From assembly GCA_050253335.1 (NCBI GenBank), contig JBFWJG010000003.1, positions 1 through 64,000 of the forward strand: a DNA stretch of 64,000 bases, read 5' to 3'. Below the pieces are notes generated by a model. That model searched no databases, was not told where the DNA came from, and saw only the letters and a program-made list of their open reading frames with translations. This document shows positions 28,087 to 37,020 of this stretch, in pieces. This stretch comes from Deferribacterales bacterium. Its GTDB lineage: Bacteria > Chrysiogenota > Deferribacteres > Deferribacterales > Geovibrionaceae. The translations under genes and the position numbers were made by a program. The stretch's first letter is position 1. Each line of letters opens with the position of its first letter.

Positions 28087-28343
28087 GAGTTCAAATCCTC
28101 GAAGAGTTCGTCCACGTTTTTAAAGCGTTTGGTACTTTTTCCGCTTCTGGCTTCTTCTATAGCTTCTCTCGTTTCCTTGTTGGGTAGCTTTATTTCAAAA
28201 GGTATCCCATTATTAAGAACGATCTGAGAATAGAAAATATTTACTGCCTCGCTTGCTGTGAGACCAAGAGCAGAGAGAATATCATTAGCTTCTTTTTTCA
28301 GTTCTTCAGGCATTCTGACCTGTAAAGTTGCACTTCTCATCAT
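28083..28343 (-). CDS. dinJ: RelB/DinJ-family antitoxin
   Basis: 'LQVRMPEELKKEA', 'SEAVNIFYSQI', 'IPFEIKLPNKET'; AGGAGG RBS; overlaps yafQ. Confidence 0.88.
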   Translation of the reverse strand: MMRSATLQVRMPEELKKEANDILSALGLTASEAVNIFYSQIVLNNGIPFEIKLPNKETREAIEEARSGKSTKRFKNVDELFEDLNS

Positions 28344-28473
28344 GCACCTCCTTGTAGTGCTAATGTAATGACAATATATTTGGAGTGCAATAGTGAATTA
28401 AATAATATTTTTCATTCCCCAACGTATCTAATTATAATATCAGCTTCTTTGGTCTGAAAGGTGAACGCTGCTA

Positions 28474-28497
28474 ATTCTGTCAGAATTCTGACAGAAT
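28474..28497. repeat. Perfect 24-bp palindrome near the element end
   Basis: ATTCTGTCAGAATTCTGACAGAAT is self-complementary. Confidence 0.8.
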
Positions 28498-28598
28498 GAA
28501 GGAATTTGCAGGAAACAATGGGATATTAAAAACAGATTAAATCATTGCTGATATTCATTTTAGATCCTTTAAGTTCCCGCTGATTCCCATATCTTTAA

Positions 28599-28622
28599 GG
28601 GTTCGAGTCCCCCTTTCGGCAC
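28599..28622 (+). mobile_element. att site: duplicated tRNA 3' end (tRNA-Leu-like)
   Basis: GGG-TTCGAGT-CCCCC-TTTCGGC-AC = T-loop plus 3' acceptor strand with no 5' half; followed by a hairpin at 28631-28679. Confidence 0.8.
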
Positions 28623-28630
28623 TCTGAGAA

Positions 28631-28679
28631 ATCCGGAACTGTGCAGAGGTAGAGGAACTCTCCCCGCACAGTTCCGGAT
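28631..28679. terminator. Long hairpin downstream of att (probable terminator)
   Basis: ATCCGGAACTGTGC...GCACAGTTCCGGAT 14-bp inverted repeat. Confidence 0.65.
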
Positions 28680-28680
28680 C

Positions 28681-29178
28681 TTATTCAACCCATGTGAAAA
28701 ATCCCTGTCTGAAAGTATAGAATGAGAATCTGCCCCCTTCTTCCGGTTTTGACACAACAGAAGAAAGAGAGCCTTTTTCATCTATGGCGTAGCAAAAAGG
28801 CGGTTCGTTCCCGCTTTTCATAGGAACTGAAACCCGCACAGGTTCTTCTGAGCTTCCCTTGAACTCTATGCCGATAACGGGGTTAGCTGATATTTTGCCG
28901 TCAGGCAGAGTCAGCACGCCTTTGTTCAGGGTAATCGTCAGAGTAAGCCCCCGGGGCGGGAAAATATCTATGCCGTCAAGGGCGGTGCCTGTGTTCCGTA
29001 TACGGCAGACCTCTCCGCCGCATACAGCTATATTCACTGACTCCCCTGCTTTGTAGAAGTCATTTTTCGGGGGTTTCAAAGACATGGCTTCACCGGAGGA
29101 GCATATTGTTATTATGAATATCACAAAGGTTAAGAAACGGCGCAGCCCTTCCGAGCCGCGCCTTTTATCTGTCATCAT
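28681..29178 (-). CDS. Membrane-anchored or secreted protein resembling the N-terminal beta domain of the upstream lipoprotein
   Basis: Hydrophobic N-terminus; motifs shared with 29175-31181; start overlaps its stop. Confidence 0.6.
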   Translation of the reverse strand: MMTDKRRGSEGLRRFLTFVIFIITICSSGEAMSLKPPKNDFYKAGESVNIAVCGGEVCRIRNTGTALDGIDIFPPRGLTLTITLNKGVLTLPDGKISANPVIGIEFKGSSEEPVRVSVPMKSGNEPPFCYAIDEKGSLSSVVSKPEEGGRFSFYTFRQGFFTWVE

Positions 29179-31181
29179 TTTTTAAGCGCCCTTCTTTCCG
29201 CAGCAGAAGGAATATCGCAGGTGACTCTGGGAACAAATGCTGAAGCACCTGACGGAAGAACTATTCCATATACCGCCGGATCAAGAACTATCGGGAAGTA
29301 GAAGTCAACCCAGTCCGCACCTGTGCCCGTATGAGCATCATTCGACGGGTTGCTTGCGCCCAGATAGCCTGTCATTATGTATTCGACTTCATAATCTGTT
29401 TCTTCATACAGTTTAACAGAAATTTTGAAGTTTGTTCCTATCTCTTCCTCGTCATTATGGTCGCTGTAGTAATGCAGACGAACAAGATATTCACCGTTCC
29501 ACCTGATAGTGTCTGTTGTTGTCAGTGTCCAGTGTTCCGGCCCGTATCCTGTTGTTATATCATAGTCAAGCTCACCGCCGTCAGCTGTAAACTTATGGAA
29601 ATAGGCGGAATAATCGCCGTTCGGGTCGATGACATAAAGATCCACATCCGTATCATTCTTGTCCCATGTGAGCGTAACAAGCATCACTGCGCTGTCCACA
29701 TTGACATTGATACTGAATGGGTTTGCGTCCATGTTGTTGGGAGAAACCGTAACAAGCTCTCCGCTGACTCTGCCTTTTGTGACAAAGCTCAGCTTATTCT
29801 CGCCTGTTTTAAGGCTCACGCCAACGCTGAAGTTGCCGCTGTTGTCAACAAGAGTTGAAAATTTCTCTGTGCCGACAAACACATCCAGATTAGTAATAAG
29901 CACTTCGCTGCTTTCCACAACACCGACAAGCTGAATATTCCTTGTGGTGACAACCTCTCCGTTGGTGTGTGAGGTTATGCTTATCTGAGGCTTGTTGTCT
30001 GAAGTGAAGCTGTGCTGAGCGTCCTGAAAGATATTTTCGTATGTTTCATTGAGGCTGTAGGTGCCTGTACCGTTCAGGAAAAATTTTGTATAGTTTCCGT
30101 AAGGCTGAAACTGTTTTGTCTCTGTGTCATAAATAATATAGGTGGTATCGCCCGGATGGTTCGGGTCATAAATGAACAGCTGACCGTCGCTTTCGTCCAC
30201 CCCGTAAGCAAGCACAGCGTGCCCGCCTGTGAACTGTCCGTTTTCACCCACTGATTTAATACTGAGATTAACCGGACGTTTTGTCAGCTTGATTGCGCTG
30301 ACTATTGCTTTATACCTGTATTCATCAGTAGTGTTGATATTCGGCAGGATATATTCTGACCAGTTCCATGACTGGTTTGCGGCGCTGAACGCCCTTGTGG
30401 CTATAACATCCTGTCCGATTACCGAGTCACCGTTCACATCTGTGCCGACGCTTGTGAGGTATCTGTCATAAAGCCCGCCGTGGCCTTCCCTTTTCTGGTC
30501 GTAGTACCACTGGGCAAAGGTTGTCATGCCGAAACATTCGCCGCCTGTGTGATAGCTTGAGCCCATATTGGCGATATTGAATCCGTCAACCAAAGGACGA
30601 AAGCCTGTGTCCTCGTCCGGAGAGTCGGTAAGGACGTCCACAATCCATGCCCATACAGATGTGTGGGTGGTGACGAATGTGAAGGTTTTATTCACGGTAT
30701 CAACATTGGTTACCAGAACAGGCCTGAGCACGCCGTTTTCATCAACATAAAAAGGCACGGGTACGTTGCTGGCATCATCAAAAGGAAGAGTTATTTCCAC
30801 AGGCTGGGAGAACGTTGAGCCTCCCTCAGAGTGTATATAAAGCGTCCCGCCCTGAGCCGATGAGCTTACGCCCTCGGGGAGAGCCACATTTCCGGTATTA
30901 TAGCCGACTGTTATCTCTGAAATATTGTCAAGAGCGCCGGAAGGGAAAGTTATCACCGCTCCGTCAAGCGCCGTGTCTGTTCCGCTTATGGTGACAGTTC
31001 CGCCGTTTTCACCTATTGACGCAGTTTCAAGAACAACATCACTGCCCGGCGTAAAGACCGCTTCGCCTTCAGGCAGATCATCCCCGCTGCTGTCACCGCT
31101 GGTTCCGCCGCCGCTGCCGCCGCCGCATGCATACAAAATCGTGAACATGAGTCCGATAAGTAAAAGTTTCAAGAGTCTCAT
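29175..31181 (-). CDS. Lipoprotein with putative papain-like catalytic domain and YfaP/DUF2135-like C-terminal domain
   Basis: Lipobox 'LYA-C' plus G/S linker; 'GECFGM', 'GHAVLAYG', 'IYDPN'; 'VTLTWD..DTDVDLYVIDPNG', 'LDYDITTGYGPEH'. Confidence 0.7.
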   Translation of the reverse strand: MRLLKLLLIGLMFTILYACGGGSGGGTSGDSSGDDLPEGEAVFTPGSDVVLETASIGENGGTVTISGTDTALDGAVITFPSGALDNISEITVGYNTGNVALPEGVSSSAQGGTLYIHSEGGSTFSQPVEITLPFDDASNVPVPFYVDENGVLRPVLVTNVDTVNKTFTFVTTHTSVWAWIVDVLTDSPDEDTGFRPLVDGFNIANMGSSYHTGGECFGMTTFAQWYYDQKREGHGGLYDRYLTSVGTDVNGDSVIGQDVIATRAFSAANQSWNWSEYILPNINTTDEYRYKAIVSAIKLTKRPVNLSIKSVGENGQFTGGHAVLAYGVDESDGQLFIYDPNHPGDTTYIIYDTETKQFQPYGNYTKFFLNGTGTYSLNETYENIFQDAQHSFTSDNKPQISITSHTNGEVVTTRNIQLVGVVESSEVLITNLDVFVGTEKFSTLVDNSGNFSVGVSLKTGENKLSFVTKGRVSGELVTVSPNNMDANPFSINVNVDSAVMLVTLTWDKNDTDVDLYVIDPNGDYSAYFHKFTADGGELDYDITTGYGPEHWTLTTTDTIRWNGEYLVRLHYYSDHNDEEEIGTNFKISVKLYEETDYEVEYIMTGYLGASNPSNDAHTGTGADWVDFYFPIVLDPAVYGIVLPSGASAFVPRVTCDIPSAAERRALKK

Positions 31182-31419
31182 AGCCTGACCTCCGCTCTTG
31201 TTATTGGATCGTATTTCAATTATACACCCGTTTGACGCAATGCAACCGAATCTGAAAATATTTATCCCCGACTCGCATCTGACCTCGTATATATAGCATT
31301 GATAAATATATGTTATTTACAATATGACGACTTCATGCGGAAAAAAGATATGAACATAGGACGATATCGGCGTAAGTTTATGCTGTTTTGTGAATTTTAA
31401 GAGAGCTACGCTCAGCCGG

Positions 31420-31461
31420 AAAAAAACCTGCCCGTCCTTCTGCGGTTAAGGCACGGGCAGG
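31420..31461 (-). terminator. Intrinsic terminator of the arr operon
   Basis: CCTGCCCGT/ACGGGCAGG stem with T-run on the minus strand. Confidence 0.65.
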
Positions 31462-31488
31462 AATATGGAGGGAAGACCCTGTCTGTTG

Positions 31489-32109
31489 TTATATTGTGGA
31501 AGCGGTAAATTTTTTAAGTGCTTTTCCGACCGCTTTATAAAATGAAGTTTCGGCATTTTCAGCTACAGCATCCGCGAATTTTGACGCAAACGGGAGGAAA
31601 TATGCCGTTTCGAACATTTTTCTCAGCTCCGTCAATATACCTGCATCCTCTTTATTTTTCTCTATTTCTGCATTTCTTAGGCGCACTCCGAGCAGATGCA
31701 TAAACTCAAGCTCTATTGCGATGTGATCCGCCGGTTCGTGCATTTCCTCTTCAACCTGAAGTCCGGCGGCTTCGTAAACAGCCGCGACATCCATTGTTGT
31801 TTTCCCCATAATCTGCCTGTCCTTTTCAAGATAAACAGAACCGTAAGGCGGGCAGGGCAGTTCGAAAGGGCCTATGAAAAGCCTTGCGAAATCCAACTCA
31901 AGAGCCTCTTCCGAAGTTTCGGCAAAAGCCGTCTTCAGTTCCTCGGCCTCTTTATTTATTCCAAGCGAATCCAGCCCGAAGACTAAAGATTCGATTATTG
32001 TCTTTTCTTCCAGTATTGTTTCTTTGGGCGGATAAAAACACAATGCAAAAAGCCTGTAAATTTCAGTTTCTATCACTGCCGTTTCGGGGAATTTCGTTTC
32101 CATATTCAC
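31489..32109 (-). CDS. arrD: TorD/DmsD-family molybdoenzyme chaperone
   Basis: 'FARLFIGP', 'PPYGSVYL', 'EPADHIAIELEFM'; follows arrB. Confidence 0.85.
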   Translation of the reverse strand: MNMETKFPETAVIETEIYRLFALCFYPPKETILEEKTIIESLVFGLDSLGINKEAEELKTAFAETSEEALELDFARLFIGPFELPCPPYGSVYLEKDRQIMGKTTMDVAAVYEAAGLQVEEEMHEPADHIAIELEFMHLLGVRLRNAEIEKNKEDAGILTELRKMFETAYFLPFASKFADAVAENAETSFYKAVGKALKKFTASTI

Positions 32110-32192
32110 TCCGTTGTGAAAAAAATAAACTCAAATAATGGCGGAGAGGCAAACGCCCCTCCGCCGCCGGTTTTCAAAGTGCAGCAGGCGCG

Positions 32193-32948
32193 CTACACCT
32201 TAAACTTTCTTATGTAGTAAACATTAGGTTTGGTCCCTTCCTCGGGTTTAAGCACCATGGAGGGATATTTAGCAAGAAGTTTGCTTACTTCGCTGTTCGG
32301 ATCGTCCTTATCACCCACAACCCTTGCTCCTGACGGGCAGGATTTCACGCACCATGGTTTTTCGTTGACCATCAGCCTGTGGTGGCAGAGGTAGCATTTT
32401 TCGGTAACGCCTGCTCTGCGCACAGCCTCGTACTCAGGGTGAGAGTAATTTGTTTTATAAGGAGGAAGCCCGCCTGTTTTCTTTGCGGTTTCAGCACCGC
32501 TTGCAGTTGCTCCGGGAATCACCGCAGCTTTAGAAGTGTATGCCGAATGCACATCCTCGCCGTCAAAGTTAAAGCTGATTACGCTGTATTCGGCTTTTTC
32601 CGCCGCCACATCCTCCGCGCTGTAAGGACATGCTATCTGGCATGAGCGGCAGCCGATGCAGCGCTCATCATTGTGCATAGTTATGCCTTCGGGCGTTTTG
32701 AACATAGCCTTTGGCGTCACAGGGCACGCTTCAACACATGCGGCATTTGAGCAGTGGTTACAGAGAACAGGGATGGCTGCAAAGCTCACATCGGGAAATC
32801 TGCCTTCCATCTTGATCATAAAATCAGCCCAGTTGAAGGTCTGTCCGTTTTTTCTGTCGGGTGTGTTGTTTTCAGTTTTGCAGGCTATTCCGCAAGCCCC
32901 GCACCCAACGCATTTCTGAAGATCTATTACCATACAGTATTGAGCCAT
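32193..32948 (-). CDS. arrB: Respiratory arsenate reductase Fe-S subunit
   Basis: 'CVGCGACGIACKTEN', 'CNHCSNAACVEACP', 'CIGCRSCQIACPY', 'CYLC...CVKSCP'. Confidence 0.9.
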   Translation of the reverse strand: MAQYCMVIDLQKCVGCGACGIACKTENNTPDRKNGQTFNWADFMIKMEGRFPDVSFAAIPVLCNHCSNAACVEACPVTPKAMFKTPEGITMHNDERCIGCRSCQIACPYSAEDVAAEKAEYSVISFNFDGEDVHSAYTSKAAVIPGATASGAETAKKTGGLPPYKTNYSHPEYEAVRRAGVTEKCYLCHHRLMVNEKPWCVKSCPSGARVVGDKDDPNSEVSKLLAKYPSMVLKPEEGTKPNVYYIRKFKV

Positions 32949-32959
32949 TTTTTACCTCC

Positions 32960-35491
32960 TTACGCCTTCTCGATTTTGACGCCGCAAAGACCGCCGTTTC
33001 TTGCTGTCGATCCGGTGAGCCTGTCGTAGTCGGCGGGGATAAGCTCATTGTTGTTAAACGTGTAGGCCTCTTTGCCGAACCTTTTTGAAGCAACCTTTCC
33101 GTATGCCCAGTGACCCTGTCCGTAAGCTTTTGCCACTGTTCCGGGGCGTATTCCCTCCCAGTAGCGTACTTTCGTCATGAATGTGCCTGCCACGGAAGAT
33201 ATTTTCGCCATTCCGCCGTCAGCTATGCCGAGTTTCTGCGCGTCTGCGGGGTTCATTTTGAGAACGTCCTCCCAGCTTGCATCACCTGCATCAACCTTCT
33301 TAAATTCCATGTACCACGTACAGTTAGCGCTTCTTCCTTCTCTGTTCAGCCTTGATTTGTGGTCAATGAACGTGAAGGGATATTCCTCTCTGCTGCCGTA
33401 GCGGAAGGGAGATTCATAGTGAGGCACAAATGCTTTTTCGCCTCTGGCCTCGTAGTTGCAGGCCTCAAGAACCTTATCCACATCAACTTTGTTGTTTGCT
33501 GCGTGTTCATTGAGCGCTTTTTTAAGCGTTTCACTGTAGAACTCAAATTTCTGAGTCGCGGTTTTGTATTTGCCCCAGCGCCCTTTAAATTTATAGGGAG
33601 CGGAGTTCCACACGCCGACCTCTTTGAATTTTTCCCATGAGCCGATAACATCGCCGAGTGCGGGGTCTGTGTTTGACCATGCAGGGTGGGTGTAGTATTT
33701 AACCGCATTTACGGCAAATTCTTTCTCGTTTTCGGGAAGCTTGCCTGTTTCAACATCCTTGAACTCATTGGTGTAGAACTCAAGAAGCTTTGTAAAACCT
33801 CTTTCGGCAAATTTTTTCGCCAGAAGATAAGGAATTTCGGTTTCATCATCTTTGCAGTCCCACACAGGCTTAATAACAGGCTGAAGTATGGTGCTGAAGC
33901 TGAACTGACCGCCCTTGTTTTTCAGATATGCCCATTTTTCCGTTGCGGACTGGGTAGCGGGCAGAACTATGTCTGCAAACATAGTCAGTTCTGAAGCATG
34001 GGTTGTAAGGTGGACGTAGAATATTTCGTTTTCTGCAAACATCTTCTCCCATCTCTGGGCACCGGTGCCTGAGAAGGGGAAGTTGTTCATGTAGCCGAGA
34101 CCCATTTTTATGTCGTAGGGTTTTTTCGCCATAATGGCGTCCGGCAGGTTGTTTGTTATAACTCCGGAGCCGGGCTTGCCGCTTGCCATTGCGGGGAAAG
34201 CGAGTGTGCCCCTCTGGTCTATCTTTTTATTCTTTTTCTTAGCTGTTTCATCAAGATAGGGATCAAGCTTCTGGAGGCCGTTGCCGAGAATTTTGGCTCC
34301 TGCCATGTGCCCGCCTATGTTGTCGCTGCTGCCCATTAGTCCGCTGAGAGCGTGAACAGCCATAGCGGCGTAAGTTCCCCTGACATGCATGGCGGCGCCC
34401 GGCCCGAGCCATACAACAACATTAGGAGCGGCCTTTGCCATATCCCTTGCCGTCTGGTATATCTGCGATGCGGGAATACCGCAAAGCTTCTCAGCCCATT
34501 CGGGAGTTTTATCCTTGAGCTCTATGTTCCACCACTTAACAATACCGTTGGTCTGGATCTCCTTAAATGTGTCTTCCGCTACCGTTTCCCCTTTTTTAAA
34601 GCGGTTCATGCCGTCAGTAAAGTCGCCCACATAATCTTTGTACCAGAGCCCTTCAGTGAGTATAACGTGAGCCATAGCCACTGCAAGAGCTCCGTCTTCA
34701 CCGGGAAGAACAGGAAGCCAGTCATGAGCTTTTGCGGATGAGGCGTTCATTTTGGGGTCAACAACCACAACTCTGGCTCGATCCAGCACTTCACCGAACT
34801 TTTTGATGGTATATGGAACCTGGCGGTTTGAGCTGAGAGGATCAAGACCCCAGATAAGCATGAACTTGGTATTGAGCATATCATAATCACGGTAGTCCCA
34901 GAGACCCTCAGTGAAAAATGCGCCTGATTTTTCAGCCTCGGCACAGAGAGCAGAGTGGCTTATGTTGTTTGGAGAACCGTAGATCTTTGTCATCGCATCA
35001 TAAAGCAGAACGTTCATGTGCGTGTAGCGGCCGCGGTTAAGCATATATTTATGAGCTTCACCGTTGTTGCGGAGCTCCATCATTTTATCCGCAATGGTGT
35101 TAAGAGCCTCGTCCCATGAGATGGGAACAAATTTGGGGTCAACGCCTCTGCCTTTTTTGGGGTTAGTCCTCTTCATGGGCACTTTAACCCTGTCGGGGTC
35201 ATAGACCTGCTGAAGAATGAGGTGTGCTCTGGGGCAGCATGTCCCTTCGTTTGATTTACTGTTGGGGTTGCCGCGTACCTTTACGGCTCTTCCGTCCTGA
35301 ACAAAAATCTGTATAGGGTCCCATGTGGTACAGCCCTGACAGGATGTGGAAATCCATTTGCCGGGAGCCTCGCCTATCTTCTTTTCGCCTTTTGCCGGGG
35401 CAAGGGCGTTGCCGGAAACACCGCAGCCCACCGCGGCAACTGCACCTGCGGCGGCGGAAGCTTTAATAAAATTCCTTCTGCTTATACGCAT
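32960..35491 (-). CDS. arrA: Respiratory arsenate reductase catalytic Mo subunit
   Basis: Tat signal 'SRRNFIK'; 'CQGCTTW'; ArrA-type 'RGRY'; Mo-ligand 'SHSALCAEAEK'; 'GQGHWAYG'. Confidence 0.93.
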   Translation of the reverse strand: MRISRRNFIKASAAAGAVAAVGCGVSGNALAPAKGEKKIGEAPGKWISTSCQGCTTWDPIQIFVQDGRAVKVRGNPNSKSNEGTCCPRAHLILQQVYDPDRVKVPMKRTNPKKGRGVDPKFVPISWDEALNTIADKMMELRNNGEAHKYMLNRGRYTHMNVLLYDAMTKIYGSPNNISHSALCAEAEKSGAFFTEGLWDYRDYDMLNTKFMLIWGLDPLSSNRQVPYTIKKFGEVLDRARVVVVDPKMNASSAKAHDWLPVLPGEDGALAVAMAHVILTEGLWYKDYVGDFTDGMNRFKKGETVAEDTFKEIQTNGIVKWWNIELKDKTPEWAEKLCGIPASQIYQTARDMAKAAPNVVVWLGPGAAMHVRGTYAAMAVHALSGLMGSSDNIGGHMAGAKILGNGLQKLDPYLDETAKKKNKKIDQRGTLAFPAMASGKPGSGVITNNLPDAIMAKKPYDIKMGLGYMNNFPFSGTGAQRWEKMFAENEIFYVHLTTHASELTMFADIVLPATQSATEKWAYLKNKGGQFSFSTILQPVIKPVWDCKDDETEIPYLLAKKFAERGFTKLLEFYTNEFKDVETGKLPENEKEFAVNAVKYYTHPAWSNTDPALGDVIGSWEKFKEVGVWNSAPYKFKGRWGKYKTATQKFEFYSETLKKALNEHAANNKVDVDKVLEACNYEARGEKAFVPHYESPFRYGSREEYPFTFIDHKSRLNREGRSANCTWYMEFKKVDAGDASWEDVLKMNPADAQKLGIADGGMAKISSVAGTFMTKVRYWEGIRPGTVAKAYGQGHWAYGKVASKRFGKEAYTFNNNELIPADYDRLTGSTARNGGLCGVKIEKA

Positions 35492-35528
35492 CCGTTCCTC
35501 CTTAGTTAAACTGAACTAAATCGTTTAA

Positions 35529-35544
35529 TGCAAAACGGATGCCA
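35529..35544 (-). promoter_or_regulatory. sigma54 -24/-12 promoter of arrABD
   Basis: Minus strand TGGCAT-CCGTT-TTGCA matches TGGCAC-N5-TTGC; adjacent gene encodes a GAFTGA activator. Confidence 0.85.
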
Positions 35545-35595
35545 TGAATTTTATGCATAAAGCACTGATAAAACAGATTAATTAGACGAGGCTAA

Positions 35596-35631
35596 GTATA
35601 CTTAATATACAACCTCGTATAGAAACTATAC
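35596..35631. promoter_or_regulatory. Pair of palindromic GTATA-N5-TATAC sites, putative upstream activating sequences
   Basis: GTATACTTAATATAC (35596-35610) and GTATAGAAACTATAC (35617-35631), 21 bp apart. Confidence 0.7.
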
Positions 35632-35640
35632 AAATAAATG

Positions 35641-37020
35641 TTAAATACTTATGCCGTATTTTTTCATTTTCGCATTCAGAGTCACTCTGGTTATTCCAAG
35701 CTCCTCGGCGGTGTGCGAAAGGTGGTTCGAGTTTTTCAGCAGACTTTTCTCTATAAGGGTTTTCTCAAGCTCCTCCACGCTTCTGTTAAGAGTATCCGAC
35801 GGAAATTTAGCAAAAAAATATTCCCACAGAACTGTTGCGGAGTTCACGGACTTTTCAGCCGTATGCTCCGCAAGCTGTATATCGGACTCAGTTATCCTGT
35901 TTGAAGAAGAGAGTATCACGGCTTTTTTGATAACATTCTGCATCTCCCTTATATTTCCCGGCCAGGGGTAGCTTCTGAATATATCAACTACCTCCCTGTC
36001 TATGCAGCAGATGCTTTTACCGGCCTCACGGGCGTATTTCGCAGTGAAGAATACGGCAAGCGGAGGGATGTCATCTGTTCTTTCCCTCAGAGGCGGAAGC
36101 TTGATGTCGACAACATTCAGCCGGTAAAACAGATCAGTGCGGAATTCCCCTGCGCCAATGAGTTCCGCTATGTTCCTGTTTGTGGCGGAAACAATGCGCA
36201 CGTCAACATGAACAGGCTTGTTGGAACCGAGCTTCTCAATTGTGCCGTTCTGGAGCACTCTCAGCATTTTAGACTGAAGTTCAACAGGCAGTTCACCTAT
36301 CTCGTCCAGAAAAAGGGTTCCGGTGTGGGCAGCTTCAAACTTCCCTATTCTGTCCTGATGGGCTCCGGTGAAGGCTCCTTTGACATAGCCGAAAAGCTCG
36401 CTCTCAAGCAGTTCACGGGGGATAGCCGCGCAGTTTATCACCACAAAAGGCTTGTCCCTGCGGTGGCTCCGTTCGTGAACAAGACCTGCTATCAGTTCTT
36501 TGCCTGTTCCGCTTTCTCCGGTTATGAAAACAGGGGTGTTCGAGTTTGCGACTGTGGCAATGAGCTTAAAAACATCACGGATCTTGCGTGACGAACCCAC
36601 AAAGGCAGAGCCTTTTTCATCGGTCTCCTCCACAGCGAGCGCGTCCTCCCCGCAGGAAATCTTCTCAGGGCGGGCATACTTCTCAATGCAGACGGTAAGC
36701 TCCTCATAATCAACCGGTTTCACAAGAAAGTCCGCCGCTCCCAGCTTAAACGAGTCAAGCACCGTATCGCTTGTGCCGAAGGCTGTCAGCATGACCACGG
36801 GTACAGATGGCGAAATTTCCTTTATTTTTTCCAGAACCTCAAGACCGTTCTCCGAGCCCAGCCTGTAGTCCAGCAGAATAAGGCTGAAGTTCTCCCCGCC
36901 GAGATGACTGAAAGCCTCGTCTGAACCGGAGGCGGTGCTGACTGAATATCTTCCGGAAAGAACCCGTTTCATGCCGTAGCAGAGGGATGTATCATCGTCA
37001 ATTATCAGTATTTTTTTCAT
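35641..37020 (-). CDS. NtrC-family sigma54 response regulator (ArrR/AioR-like)
   Basis: Receiver, 'GESGTGKE', 'GAFTGA', 'LFLDEIGE', Fis-type HTH. Confidence 0.92.
   Translation of the reverse strand: MKKILIIDDDTSLCYGMKRVLSGRYSVSTASGSDEAFSHLGGENFSLILLDYRLGSENGLEVLEKIKEISPSVPVVMLTAFGTSDTVLDSFKLGAADFLVKPVDYEELTVCIEKYARPEKISCGEDALAVEETDEKGSAFVGSSRKIRDVFKLIATVANSNTPVFITGESGTGKELIAGLVHERSHRRDKPFVVINCAAIPRELLESELFGYVKGAFTGAHQDRIGKFEAAHTGTLFLDEIGELPVELQSKMLRVLQNGTIEKLGSNKPVHVDVRIVSATNRNIAELIGAGEFRTDLFYRLNVVDIKLPPLRERTDDIPPLAVFFTAKYAREAGKSICCIDREVVDIFRSYPWPGNIREMQNVIKKAVILSSSNRITESDIQLAEHTAEKSVNSATVLWEYFFAKFPSDTLNRSVEELEKTLIEKSLLKNSNHLSHTAEELGITRVTLNAKMKKYGISI

Larger units (their letters stand above)
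1..28622. mobile_element. Integrative conjugative element (F-type T4SS), right part; left end and integrase lie outside the window
   Basis: Co-oriented traC/trbI/traW/traU/traF/traN/trbC/traH/traG genes, AT-rich cargo and TA modules, ending at a tRNA 3'-end duplication at 28599-28622, after which chromosomal metabolic genes begin. Confidence 0.85.

Noticed and set aside
28599..28622. Intact tRNA gene
   Set aside because: Only the T-arm and 3' acceptor strand are present; no D-arm or anticodon arm upstream
32960..35491. ArxA arsenite oxidase or polysulfide reductase
   Set aside because: Has the ArrA-type RGRY motif rather than ArxA GRGWG, and sits among ars genes
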